A DNA stretch of 64,000 nt from a virus. Position 1 is the stretch's first letter, and each line of letters opens with the position of its first letter. Shown piece by piece: positions 16,421 through 25,557 of the stretch. The translations under genes and the position numbers were made by a program. Location of the stretch: positions 26,008 through 90,007 of IMG/VR virus record IMGVR_UViG_3300022746_000019; one strand, 5' to 3'. The notes under the pieces are model-generated. The model was not told where the DNA came from, searched no databases, and saw nothing but the letters and a program-made list of their open reading frames with translations.

Positions 16421-18381
16421 CGCTGAACAATCTTTACATCTGCCACAAGCGGAACGCTGAGCACATCAATTCCTTCCATAGCGGTTCTAATGGCTTCAGC
16501 GGTTTCCTCAGCCACATGGTCTGGTGCAAGGGTGACAATTTCGTCATGCACAGTGAGAATCATCCTAGCATCTTCTGGAATCATCTTATGCGCCCGCACC
16601 ATGGCAATCTTAATAATGTCGGCTGCCGTACCCTGGATGCGGGTGTTGAACGCCTGCCGTTCTGCGGATGCCTTTAGTTGGGTATCCGACGAAGTGATGT
16701 CTGGGAGATACCGGCGCCTGCCGGTGATTGTGTTAACAAACGCGGGCTTTCGGTTGCGGGTAACAGTGAGCACCTTGCTGCGGTACTTATTTACCGCCTG
16801 AAACTCTCGGCTGAACTTGGTCAGGAGCTCCTTGGCTTCGGTTGTGGAGCAACCAATCTGACGGGCAATCTTGTCTGGTCCCACGCCGTAGGCCATGGAC
16901 AGAACTAGGACTTTGCCGGCTTTTCGGTCAACTCCCACGGTGTCGCCCACGGTGGTGTAAATGTCTCGACCTTCAAGGTAGTTAGCCACCATGATAGGGT
17001 CTTGGGAGAGCGACGCAATAACTCTAGGTTCAATCTGTGAGTAGTCCGCGACAATAAGTTTGTAGCCTTCAGGCGCGTAGAACAGGTTACGGATAGCCTT
17101 CCCGTGAGCCGTGCTAGGAGATGGTACATTCTGAAGATTAGGGTTGCGGCTGCTGAAGCGGCCCGTTTCCGCACCATGCTGAACAAAGTCACAGTGAATC
17201 CTTCCGTTAATAAGCAGGCTGTCCTTGTGCTCAATCTTCGACTTACCGCTGCTAGTCCGGACAACATCGCCTCCCAGATAGGGGACGACATAGGTTCCGT
17301 GCAACTTGTTCAAGTCTGCGTACTTGAGAAGGGCGTCTACTAGAGGGTCTTGGTTCTTGTAGGCCTCTAGGGCTTCTGCGGACACCGAATAATCAGACAG
17401 GCTCAATGCTTGGCCGGCCTTGTCCTTCTCGTAGCCCTTATTAGTGAGCAGTTTTGGCTTAAGGCCTCTACCGCCCGCATCCTTTGAGGAGTAAAGCAAA
17501 TCCTGCTTCTCGGCGTTGGAATTGATGTTGAACACGCGACCAGCAATGCGGTAAATATCCGCCCTAGCCTGCTCAATCTCCTTCTCCAAGTTCTCGCTGA
17601 GCAACCCGAGAGACTCGGTGTCTATGGGAGCTCCTGTGAGTTTCATATCGCACAGAACCTCAAGCACATCCATCTCTAGGTTGAATACTCGATCCAGCTC
17701 GTACTGCTCAATCTTGGGGGCGAGGACCTTCCACAGAAGGAAGGTGTACTTGGAGTCAAGGTAGGCGTACTTGGCGACTTCGTTGAACGAATAGACCTCG
17801 ACCTCTTTGCCGACTCCCTTCGCCATTTCGTAGCCAAACTCGCGCTTCAAACAATCGGCAAGGCCGCACTTGTTCTTGTTGCGGTTGTCCGTAATGAACG
17901 ACGCAATCATGGTGTCAAAGTAAGGACCGACCGGAACACGGCCTCCGTAGTACTTTGCCACGGAGGTGAGATCAAACAACAAGTTGTGACCAATGGTCAG
18001 AATCTCGCTGTTGAACATCAGGGGCTCAAGTACGGCAAATACTTCCCCTGGGAACAATTGGGCGGGCGGATCAGAAAAGACCTTGGTGGCCTTCTTGATG
18101 TCCCTAGAGTAATCGAACTCACGGGCCTTCAAACCTTTGTCAACGCGAGCCTGACCTTGGCCAGTAAGAGGGTAAACGACATCAAGGAGTTCGCCGTTTG
18201 GGTGTCCCATAGGAATTACATCACAGCGGCCATGAGTAGCTAGGGTAATCCACAAGACCTCATTCACCGGGGTATCGCCGCGCCGGTCTCCTACGGTTTC
18301 AACATCGTAGGCAAATGCGTCTTGAGTAAGATAAAACGCAACCATGTCTTCAAGTTGCTGCTTAGTAGTAATTATGTTCAT
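16402..18381 (-). CDS. polA: DNA polymerase family A with 3'-5' exonuclease
   Basis: Exo DVET, HNLLFD and YAYLD; TGRFSS.PNLQN; motif A DYSQIE; motif B RKAGKVLVLSMAYG; motif C VHDE. Confidence 0.95.
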   Translation of the reverse strand: MNIITTKQQLEDMVAFYLTQDAFAYDVETVGDRRGDTPVNEVLWITLATHGRCDVIPMGHPNGELLDVVYPLTGQGQARVDKGLKAREFDYSRDIKKATKVFSDPPAQLFPGEVFAVLEPLMFNSEILTIGHNLLFDLTSVAKYYGGRVPVGPYFDTMIASFITDNRNKNKCGLADCLKREFGYEMAKGVGKEVEVYSFNEVAKYAYLDSKYTFLLWKVLAPKIEQYELDRVFNLEMDVLEVLCDMKLTGAPIDTESLGLLSENLEKEIEQARADIYRIAGRVFNINSNAEKQDLLYSSKDAGGRGLKPKLLTNKGYEKDKAGQALSLSDYSVSAEALEAYKNQDPLVDALLKYADLNKLHGTYVVPYLGGDVVRTSSGKSKIEHKDSLLINGRIHCDFVQHGAETGRFSSRNPNLQNVPSPSTAHGKAIRNLFYAPEGYKLIVADYSQIEPRVIASLSQDPIMVANYLEGRDIYTTVGDTVGVDRKAGKVLVLSMAYGVGPDKIARQIGCSTTEAKELLTKFSREFQAVNKYRSKVLTVTRNRKPAFVNTITGRRRYLPDITSSDTQLKASAERQAFNTRIQGTAADIIKIAMVRAHKMIPEDARMILTVHDEIVTLAPDHVAEETAEAIRTAMEGIDVLSVPLVADVKIVQRWGEAK

Positions 18382-18396
18382 ACCGTCTCCAAAGAT

Positions 18397-18427
18397 GCCT
18401 AGAGGCCGCTTATCACGGCCTCTAGGC
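18397..18427 (-). terminator. 12-bp hairpin between SSB and polA (terminator, attenuator or mRNA-stabilising stem)
   Basis: GCCTAGAGGCCG-N7-CGGCCTCTAGGC with only a weak U-tract. Confidence 0.6.
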
Positions 18428-18435
18428 TAGTTCTT

Positions 18436-19110
18436 TTAGGAAAGGGCTTCCGCCACATCCAACAATTCCGCAACAGTGTGGGTCTTGATGGAGTCAGAGG
18501 TGAAGGGCTCAAACTCAGCGAGCTGGGCTTCAACTTCTTCGGGATTGAGTCCCCAATCTTCGCCAAGATCACGAGACTTGACAGAAAGGAGAGTGTACTG
18601 AGTCGACTGCATCTTTCCGGTGCGATTAATCGACCAGAAGTTCTTGTTGAGCGGTCCCTGGGGGGAGAACTCGGCGGCATGCAGGGTCTTGTACAAGCGA
18701 GGGCTTGCAATGAGCATCTGGCGCTGCGGGGTTCCGTCGACAAACACAACAACGCTGAATGCGGTCTTGCGTTCGGGGCGATCCTGCAACTTGACGCAGA
18801 GAGGGCAGTTTGGACCAGTGCAGACGTATGAACGACGGCCTTCGGTCTTCTGCTTCAGGAAGTGCTGCGAGTAAGTGGCAAACGGTCCACTCTTATCAAT
18901 GAACTTGAGCAGCTGGTACTGCTCGCTGTGCTTGAACTCGATAGGGAAATCGCCACCCGTAGGGGCGTTCTGTGCATCTGCATCGGCCCAGCCGGAGCCG
19001 ACGCCAGTGCTTGCTGATGGTGCCGAGGCAGCGGCGGGCCGCTCGTCGACATTAAATGCGTCCTCTTCAGTGAGGTACTTTTCAGTTCGGGCTACGCCCA
19101 TTGTTATCAT
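18436..19110 (-). CDS. Single-stranded DNA-binding protein (gp32-like)
   Basis: H..C..CPLC Zn motif, RTGKMQSTQY, acidic C-terminus; adjacent to polA. Confidence 0.7.
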   Translation of the reverse strand: MITMGVARTEKYLTEEDAFNVDERPAAASAPSASTGVGSGWADADAQNAPTGGDFPIEFKHSEQYQLLKFIDKSGPFATYSQHFLKQKTEGRRSYVCTGPNCPLCVKLQDRPERKTAFSVVVFVDGTPQRQMLIASPRLYKTLHAAEFSPQGPLNKNFWSINRTGKMQSTQYTLLSVKSRDLGEDWGLNPEEVEAQLAEFEPFTSDSIKTHTVAELLDVAEALS

Positions 19111-19583
19111 TCCTTAGTTGCATTGTTTGCAGTTTCATTTGCGAGGATTTTGGTCCACGCCTCGCCAATGTCAGTGGTGACTTGGCGGTTCGATACCCAG
19201 TCTACACGAGACACTGACAGAATGCCAGCGCGGTCAAAGATGTCCACGACAGCGTCAATCATTGGCTTGGTGTAGAGCCGCCTTCCGGCGACCTCCTTGC
19301 CGTGCGAGCCTACCACAGAGGGCATTCGGTACGGGGAATTCGGAAGGCGACCTTCCTTCATCCAGAGCCGGACTGTTGGAAGAGGTCTACCGATGGCAGC
19401 GGCTAGCGTGCCTAAGGTATACATTTCAACATCTTTGCCATTAGGCAAAGTCTTTTTGTATGAGCGGGCTTCCCACTTGGGTTCAACCTTTTGCTTAGCC
19501 AAGTATTCTTGACGAGCCTTAGGGCGAACTCCGGGGTAGATGTCATCCAACCCCGAAAAAGTCTGCTCAATGAAATCGGACAT
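19107..19583 (-). CDS. MerR-like winged-HTH DNA-binding protein
   Basis: YTLGTLAAAIGRPLPTVRLWMKEGRLP...GRRLYT. Confidence 0.75.
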   Translation of the reverse strand: MSDFIEQTFSGLDDIYPGVRPKARQEYLAKQKVEPKWEARSYKKTLPNGKDVEMYTLGTLAAAIGRPLPTVRLWMKEGRLPNSPYRMPSVVGSHGKEVAGRRLYTKPMIDAVVDIFDRAGILSVSRVDWVSNRQVTTDIGEAWTKILANETANNATKE

Positions 19584-19984
19584 TAAAGTGACTGCACCTG
19601 TGAGGTGTACTGGGGGCAGTAGGCCGCCACAGAAACGCCGATGATGTACCCGACTGCTTCCTGCGAAGCAGAAGTTGTGAAGTTGCCGCTGTTTGCAAGT
19701 GCAGCAATGAGATCATAGACGGTGACGCCCTGATCGAGTGCATCGCAAACCTGATGACCAATCTGAATCAAAAGGGTGTCGCTGCTTGAGTCAATGTACT
19801 GGTTGCCAAGATCATGAAGAGTGGCAAGGTACACGCCGTCAATTCCGGTGTCGGTGTTGGACGAACCGGATGTATCAGACTGAGTTTCAGTTACGGTGAC
19901 TGTCGGCTGTGCGGTGTTTGAGCTTCCGCAGGCCGTCAGGGCAAACGCTGCTACGAGCGCGAGTGCTAGTGCTTTGAGTTTCAT
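19583..19984 (-). CDS. Lipoprotein, DUF732-like
   Basis: Lipobox LTAC; YLATL...IGHQVCDALDQG...AAYCPQY. Confidence 0.8.
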   Translation of the reverse strand: MKLKALALALVAAFALTACGSSNTAQPTVTVTETQSDTSGSSNTDTGIDGVYLATLHDLGNQYIDSSSDTLLIQIGHQVCDALDQGVTVYDLIAALANSGNFTTSASQEAVGYIIGVSVAAYCPQYTSQVQSL

Positions 19985-19995
19985 ATCTTCTCCCG

Positions 19996-20403
19996 TTAAA
20001 TAATGAAGGCGTAGGAAACCTTCGACGGAAACATAGCATCGATGTCATCTTCCGTCAATTCGCCCTTATAGAACGCCGCCATAATGGCTTCTTCGTTGAG
20101 TGTGGGGATGAATTCGAGGCAGTCCTCGATGATGTCCTTGTCAGTAAGGATTTTTTCGGCAGTCTCCATATCCAGAGACTTCGATACGCGGCGCTGATTA
20201 GTCAGGGCCTTGACGCCGCTTACCGGATCGTCAATTTCAAGGACTTGATGGCCGCGGCCGTCAACTTCGCCGAGTTCTGTAACGGCCTTCTGAAGTGCTT
20301 TCTTCAGCTCATTCTGCCTAGCAGTTAGCAAAGTCATCTGTTCTTTGATTGCAACATACTGGCGAATGTCATCGACCAGTGCGTCGGAATTTGCCTTTTC
20401 CAT
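19996..20403 (-). CDS. Hypothetical protein with N-terminal coiled coil
   Basis: 135 aa; first gene downstream of the promoter at 20429-20458. Confidence 0.7.
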   Translation of the reverse strand: MEKANSDALVDDIRQYVAIKEQMTLLTARQNELKKALQKAVTELGEVDGRGHQVLEIDDPVSGVKALTNQRRVSKSLDMETAEKILTDKDIIEDCLEFIPTLNEEAIMAAFYKGELTEDDIDAMFPSKVSYAFII

Positions 20404-20428
20404 GGCACCCCTTTCCTTGGGTGCCCAA

Positions 20429-20458
20429 AGGCTATAGCCGACTATTCGGCTTTGTCAA
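20429..20458 (-). promoter_or_regulatory. SigA-type promoter with a dyad in the spacer
   Basis: TTGACA-18 nt-TAGCCT; spacer contains AGCCGA-N4-TCGGCT. Confidence 0.6.
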
Positions 20459-20600
20459 CCTGGCTGATGTAGTCTTCCAACGCCTTGATAATTACGCTGG
20501 TAACGGTGACGCCTTCAATGGCCGCCTTGTTCTGTACGGCAAGCCACAAATCGTCAGAAACGCGCAGCGTGCGCGTGGGCGTTTTGGGTGCATTAGGCAT
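20442..20600 (-). CDS. Ribbon-helix-helix (Arc/CopG-like) protein
   Basis: MPNAPKTPTRTLRVSDDLW..VQNKAA.EG.TVTSVI..AL; TATAAT lies 7 nt upstream of the ATG (leaderless). Confidence 0.8.
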   Translation of the reverse strand: MPNAPKTPTRTLRVSDDLWLAVQNKAAIEGVTVTSVIIKALEDYISQVDKAE

Positions 20601-20619
20601 AGGTGTAATTATACTTACT

Positions 20620-20796
20620 TTAGCGGGAGTCTGTGGAGTAAAACCCGCCACCCTTAAATGCCACAGGCGTGGGCTCCCAGAGCCTTTGCGTCAGGAGCCC
20701 ACACGCAGGGCAGATTGGGACCTCCTCGTTGTCATGGATAGACCGGGTAACCTCTAACACCTCGGAACAACCGAGGCACTTGTACACGTATCTCAT
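20620..20796 (-). CDS. FmdB-family zinc-ribbon protein (58 aa)
   Basis: Not in the ORF track. Own translation MRYVYKCLGC...CPACG...FKGGGFYSTDSR; ATGA overlap with the helicase stop. Confidence 0.85.
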   Translation of the reverse strand: MRYVYKCLGCSEVLEVTRSIHDNEEVPICPACGLLTQRLWEPTPVAFKGGGFYSTDSR

Positions 20797-22379
20797 ACAG
20801 ACGATCCTAAGAGAAATTTCCTGAGGCTACCAATTGTCATATCCAGACCGCCCTTGTCGTCAATGCCTTCGCCGTCAAGGACTGCGTCTGCTACGGCAGT
20901 CTTATGCTGGAGGGATTCCCACTGCCTTTCTTCAATGGAGCCTCGGATTAGGATGTCCTGAACAACGATTGTCTCCCAGGTGGAAGACGCCCGTTTAATG
21001 CGTCCATTTCGTTGAGTGGCTTGCCCAGCCGACCATGGCAAATCATAATTGATTAGTAGGTTGGCTGCTGGGAGATCGACGCCGTAACCACCGGCATCCG
21101 AAGATATGAGAACTCGGATATCGGGAGTCTCGTTAAACGCAATTTTGTTTTCTTCTTTTGTCTTTGCGTCTAGTTTTCCTGAATATACGCGACAGCGTTC
21201 TTCACCCAAAAGGCTGGCAATCTTTGTTCCCATGTCAACATAGGAAGCAAAGATCACAACCTTGTTTCTTTCGTCTTCATCCAAAAAGTCTTTGACGTAC
21301 TGAACAAGCACATCTAATTTGGGAGTCGCCTTGATGTCGTCAAGTAGACCTTCTGTCTGAAGGTCATAAGCATACGACGAACCCTCGCCATTCATCTCGG
21401 TATACTTCTTAGCAGATGTCCTAAGAAGTTGTGGATCTGAGCAAAGCATGCGAAGGCAACTGATTTTTGCCATGATTTTTCCGCGAGCTTCTGCTTCAGG
21501 GCCGCTGTTGGCACTATCAATGCCATAATGCGCAAAAATATTGAAGTTACCGCCAAACAACGCCTGAGCCTCTTCAAGTTCAAAAATCAAGTCGGAAATG
21601 ATGCGTTTGTACAGACCGGCGGTTTTTCTATCAAGAGGCACTAGCATCGGGTCATTGTGAATCGCGTCAGGCAAATACGGAGCTACATCTGGGTCTTTCT
21701 GAGCCTTTCTTACACAGGCTTCTTTTAGCTTCTCGTGCAAAACGGGAAGATTGCAGTAACGCTCAACCCCGCCAAATCCGTTTCTTACAATGAATGCCTT
21801 GTCAAAGATGTCAAACCGGCCCAATACGCCGTTGTCTACGAACTGCATAATTGAAAAGAGTTCTTCGGGCTTGCCGTTCTCAATGGGTGTGCCAGTAAGC
21901 GCAAACTTAAAGGGCGCGTTTGCCAACTTTTTCACAGCGCGTGAACGCTTGGCTCTAAAACTCTTAATGGCGGTGGCTTCGTCAATAACCACAAAACCTC
22001 GGGGAAGCTTCTTTACTTGATCCCAGTCGTTGACCACTTGCTCGTAGTTCATGATGATGTAGTCAACCCCAGAAGATTCCCAATCCATGGCGGTCTCGTA
22101 TTGAGAGGCTCGTTGCTTAGGGGTGCCGTCAATGACTAGTGGAGTGGATGTGCCGTTAGTGAATTTTGTAATCTGGTTTGCCCATTGGTACTTCAAAGAC
22201 GAAAGGCAAATCACAAGACCGGGTTCTTGAATCTTGTTTGAATCCATCAACCGCTCAACTGCGGCAATGGTTAGGACAGTCTTTCCAAGACCCATATCGT
22301 AGGCAACCAGCATCTTTTGCCGGTTACACATTTTGTCTACAGCCTCAGGCTGGTAGGGGAGAAGGGTTCCCGTAAACAT
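20793..22379 (-). CDS. SNF2-family helicase/ATPase
   Basis: LLPYQ, DMGLGKT, DEAT, LTGTPIEN, GVDL, QRNGRIKR. Confidence 0.92.
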   Translation of the reverse strand: MFTGTLLPYQPEAVDKMCNRQKMLVAYDMGLGKTVLTIAAVERLMDSNKIQEPGLVICLSSLKYQWANQITKFTNGTSTPLVIDGTPKQRASQYETAMDWESSGVDYIIMNYEQVVNDWDQVKKLPRGFVVIDEATAIKSFRAKRSRAVKKLANAPFKFALTGTPIENGKPEELFSIMQFVDNGVLGRFDIFDKAFIVRNGFGGVERYCNLPVLHEKLKEACVRKAQKDPDVAPYLPDAIHNDPMLVPLDRKTAGLYKRIISDLIFELEEAQALFGGNFNIFAHYGIDSANSGPEAEARGKIMAKISCLRMLCSDPQLLRTSAKKYTEMNGEGSSYAYDLQTEGLLDDIKATPKLDVLVQYVKDFLDEDERNKVVIFASYVDMGTKIASLLGEERCRVYSGKLDAKTKEENKIAFNETPDIRVLISSDAGGYGVDLPAANLLINYDLPWSAGQATQRNGRIKRASSTWETIVVQDILIRGSIEERQWESLQHKTAVADAVLDGEGIDDKGGLDMTIGSLRKFLLGSSV

Positions 22380-22905
22380 CGTACCAATCCATCGTAGAAA
22401 CTACCATTGCTTCAAGTTCGTCTTTGCCAAAGTTATTTCGAAGAATATTGTCAAACTTCCAACCGGTCATATTTGATTCTGAAATGTGTTCATTGACTGG
22501 GCCAACGCCTTTTCGATCAATGCGCCAGACAGTGCCGCCCAATCTTATGATTGCGGCGGCCTCTTCTCGAAACCGCACATCGGAAAAAACCACTCGTTCT
22601 TCTGGGTTGAGCGACTCTGTGGCTAACTTTACCCATACATCTTTACCGAACTGCTCCTTGGCAAACTCTGTGCCAAACACCTGCAACAAACGGCGTACTT
22701 CTGGATTTCCTTTTGCAACTTGCCAGCCGTACTCGTCAACAACATCCTGTAGCCGAACCGCTGTGTCAATCATTGGGTTGATAGCGTACAAGCCTTTACG
22801 AATGGGATCAGCAAACGCCCTTTTGTCGTACCCGTATCTGGCCACCAAAATGTCAGCAACGGTGTCTTTTCCGGCTCCCGCGTAACCTGATAATCCGATA
22901 ATCAA
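22345..22905 (-). CDS. Deoxynucleoside monophosphate kinase
   Basis: GLSGYAGAGKDT, FADP, RRLLQVFGTE, SDVRF..E, HISE. Confidence 0.9.
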   Translation of the reverse strand: MIIGLSGYAGAGKDTVADILVARYGYDKRAFADPIRKGLYAINPMIDTAVRLQDVVDEYGWQVAKGNPEVRRLLQVFGTEFAKEQFGKDVWVKLATESLNPEERVVFSDVRFREEAAAIIRLGGTVWRIDRKGVGPVNEHISESNMTGWKFDNILRNNFGKDELEAMVVSTMDWYDVYGNPSPLPA

Positions 22906-23828
22906 GTTAGGGCCCTTTCTCCTCTTAGTGAATGCCGTGCGTTATCAATGCCAAAAACTATCTCATTTTTGCTCATACCGCCAACATCCTTGCAGTCAAT
23001 CCCAGAATAATTGAAAAACACGCACTCAAACCCGTACTTAATGGAAAAATTAAGCAGAGCCTTGGACGACTCAACCCCGGCCTCATCGTGGTCCATAGCG
23101 ACAACCAGACGGTCAGCTCCCCGCAGTAGGTTTACCTGCGCCTTGGAAACCAGTGCCCCATAGGTGGCTACCCCTCCGCTAATGCCCACGGAGGCAAGCC
23201 GTACGGCGTCTAGGGGGGATTCAACAACAATCATGTCTCCGCCAGAGTACAGGTCATACCCAAACAGGGTGTTGCTCTTCTGTACGCCCTTTGGGTAGTT
23301 CTTAAAGTACCGGCCGCTTACTCCCTTTTCTTGCCACCCGAGCAGTGTGGAGGTGAGTGGGTCGCGAATGGGCAAAATCCAAGCGTCTTTGCGGGAGTCG
23401 TACTTAACGCCGTAGTCCTCCGCCGCGTCCATGGTCAAGCCTCTTCCACGCAACATATCCTGCGTGGGGGTAGTGAACGCTGCCAACATTGACTCTGTGA
23501 TAGTGGTGACTTCTTCATAGGTGGGCTTATGCGCTACGGCGCGTTCCAACCGGCGGCTAAGGCCGTCAGCAGAAGTGAGCCACTCAGCTGCATCCTCATA
23601 CGTAACACCCTGGGTGTAAGAAATAAGGGTTTGCAAACCGCCCTTAAACTGGCAGGAGAAACAGATGAAGGCGCCTGTGTCGGAATTAACCCACATAGAC
23701 GGATTGTGATCGATATGGCCTGTCCGCTCTAAGTGAGCGGGGCAGGATGTCTGCACCTCATACCCCCTAGTTGACACGACGTCTAAGCCGAGCCGAACAA
23801 GGAGGTCCTCCATCTGGTCTACTGTCAT
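22902..23828 (-). CDS. DNA primase (Zn finger plus TOPRIM)
   Basis: CPAH..CFSC; VVES..D; MDHDEAG; KDVG. Confidence 0.9.
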   Translation of the reverse strand: MTVDQMEDLLVRLGLDVVSTRGYEVQTSCPAHLERTGHIDHNPSMWVNSDTGAFICFSCQFKGGLQTLISYTQGVTYEDAAEWLTSADGLSRRLERAVAHKPTYEEVTTITESMLAAFTTPTQDMLRGRGLTMDAAEDYGVKYDSRKDAWILPIRDPLTSTLLGWQEKGVSGRYFKNYPKGVQKSNTLFGYDLYSGGDMIVVESPLDAVRLASVGISGGVATYGALVSKAQVNLLRGADRLVVAMDHDEAGVESSKALLNFSIKYGFECVFFNYSGIDCKDVGGMSKNEIVFGIDNARHSLRGERALT

Positions 23829-24004
23829 TGGTAGGTATCTTTGAGAATTTGAAGTTCGTATTCAAGCGATCTGATAGGCGCCAAATGAAGACCAACCAAT
23901 GTGTAGTTATCCACCATTTTTACAACCGCGTTGAGACACTCATTGAACCCAGCCTTGAAAACCTCTTTGTCCTCCGGGCTAAGGGCGTCGTATTTTTCAG
24001 ACAT
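23825..24004 (-). CDS. Small hypothetical protein (59 aa)
   Basis: Own translation MSEKYDALSPEDKEVFKAGFNECLNAVVKM...; overlaps both neighbours. Confidence 0.55.
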   Translation of the reverse strand: MSEKYDALSPEDKEVFKAGFNECLNAVVKMVDNYTLVGLHLAPIRSLEYELQILKDTYQ

Positions 24005-25361
24005 TGCTATCCACTGCTACCAATCTAGAGATAATCCACGATACTACTGGAACTGCGACTGCATTGCCCATTTGCTTGTACCGGGCGCTGTCTGGCTGTC
24101 CTTTGACCTCTTGCTTCTTGTAGTCGAAGCGCTCGGCCGTCCATCCGTCAGGGAAACCCTGAAGCCGTTCGCATTCGGTCGGTGTTAAGCGTCGAACAAC
24201 CGAAGTCAAAGCGCCAGTAGATTGTCGAGTTCCAGCCCTGAGCGTGTGGTGCAGCTCTTCGTTAAGTTGGTCGTTGAACTCGTCGTACCCATAAGCAAGA
24301 ACCGTGGCGCGGGTGTCTCCGCCGTTGTCAAACACATTCAATGTGGGGCTGACATCGTCTTCGCGCCATGTTTCGGCGTCTTCAGACGAGCGAGCGCGAC
24401 CAGCCTTGACAAAGGTGGCTGGTGGAAACAAGACCTGGTCATTGCCAGTGGAAATGGTCAAAGACTTTTCCACGCTCAGCAGCGGACCTTTACCGCCTCC
24501 GGCTTTGCCTTCTCGCTGACGCATAAGAACTGCGTCTGAGTCGTTAACAACGAGGTCTGTTGCATCCTTATGATCGCGAGCTTTGAGAGCGCTGGCGGTA
24601 CTGTCCTCTTCATAGTCACCAAACCCACGCATACGGTAAGTGAGGGTGTCTCTGGCGCGAGCAGCGCTGAGAGTGGGTGCTACTTCTGAATCTGGGAAGT
24701 CGTATAGTTCGAAGTTTCCCGCTCTACTACCGCCTCCAGCGCCTGCTGAAGTCGCGGTGGAAGTGTTTTGCCGCGACGGTTGGCCCGCAAAAGGATTCCC
24801 GCCGCTGCCTTCGGCGATAGCCAGTACTTGCGCAGGTAATCTTCCGTCGTCTCCAAGACATCCGACAATGAAGACACGACGGCGTCGCTGGGGGACTCCG
24901 AAATGTTGAGCGTCCAGCACCCTCCAGGAGATGCCGTACCCGCGCTCAACCAGCGCCCCGATGACGACTCCCATGTCCCGTCCTGATTTAGATGACAAGA
25001 GACCAGGGACGTTTTCGAGTACGACCCACTTCGGCTTTGTTTCGTCGAGGAGACGGCAGATTTCCCAAAAGAGACCGCTGCGTCCGCCATCCAATCCGGC
25101 ACGTTTTCCTGCAACAGAGAGGTCTTGGCAAGGGAAACCCCCGACGATGACTCCTCTGTCTGGAACAAATCCGGCTCCGATAAGTTGTTCACCTGTTACA
25201 TCCTTTACATCTTCAAACAAAGTGGTTTCTGGGAAGCGGTGCTTGAGTACTCCTCGTGCCGCTGGGTCAATCTCTACCGCCGCTGCAACCTTTGCACCGT
25301 TGGCAGTTAACGCAATGTCAAATCCGCCAACTCCGGCGAACAGTGAAACTGCTGTAAGCAT
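23997..25361 (-). CDS. DNA (cytosine-5)-methyltransferase
   Basis: FAGVGG, GFPCQD, ENVPG, QRRRRVF, RRLTPTECERLQGFP, MGNAV. Confidence 0.95.
   Translation of the reverse strand: MLTAVSLFAGVGGFDIALTANGAKVAAAVEIDPAARGVLKHRFPETTLFEDVKDVTGEQLIGAGFVPDRGVIVGGFPCQDLSVAGKRAGLDGGRSGLFWEICRLLDETKPKWVVLENVPGLLSSKSGRDMGVVIGALVERGYGISWRVLDAQHFGVPQRRRRVFIVGCLGDDGRLPAQVLAIAEGSGGNPFAGQPSRQNTSTATSAGAGGGSRAGNFELYDFPDSEVAPTLSAARARDTLTYRMRGFGDYEEDSTASALKARDHKDATDLVVNDSDAVLMRQREGKAGGGKGPLLSVEKSLTISTGNDQVLFPPATFVKAGRARSSEDAETWREDDVSPTLNVFDNGGDTRATVLAYGYDEFNDQLNEELHHTLRAGTRQSTGALTSVVRRLTPTECERLQGFPDGWTAERFDYKKQEVKGQPDSARYKQMGNAVAVPVVSWIISRLVAVDSNV
24680..25192 (-). CDS. Nested alternative-frame ORF resembling the M.EcoHK31I beta-polypeptide type
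   Basis: 170-aa same-strand ORF inside the MTase, ending SLSDVLET...KYWLSPKAAAGILLRANRRGKTLP. Confidence 0.6.
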   Translation of the reverse strand: MNNLSEPDLFQTEESSSGVSLAKTSLLQENVPDWMADAAVSFGKSAVSSTKQSRSGSYSKTSLVSCHLNQDGTWESSSGRWLSAGTASPGGCWTLNISESPSDAVVSSLSDVLETTEDYLRKYWLSPKAAAGILLRANRRGKTLPPRLQQALEAVVERETSNYTTSQIQK

Positions 25362-25373
25362 GTGTAACCTTTT

Positions 25374-25556
25374 CTACTTAGCGCAGTGAATGCAGTGGGG
25401 TGGGCAGGAACCTGTCTCGATTCCATCCCGCTTGTTTATTAAAATTTCAAGAAGTGTGTCAAACAGATACAGCTCCCTAAAAGTCAGTTTATTGAAATCA
25501 TTGGAATTAACCAAATTGACCATCTTCTTGAACTTCCTAATCCAGCGAGGGGACAT
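25374..25556 (-). CDS. Small hypothetical protein
   Basis: ATG immediately after the DnaB stop; ends CPPHCIHC. Confidence 0.5.
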   Translation of the reverse strand: MSPRWIRKFKKMVNLVNSNDFNKLTFRELYLFDTLLEILINKRDGIETGSCPPHCIHCAK

Positions 25557-25557
25557 A

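Noticed and set aside
20650-20790. Hairpin-rich stretch (GTGGGCTCC...GGAGCCCAC) that looked like an ncRNA
   Set aside because: Explained by a 58-aa FmdB-family CDS below the ORF-track cutoff; the hairpins may be incidental
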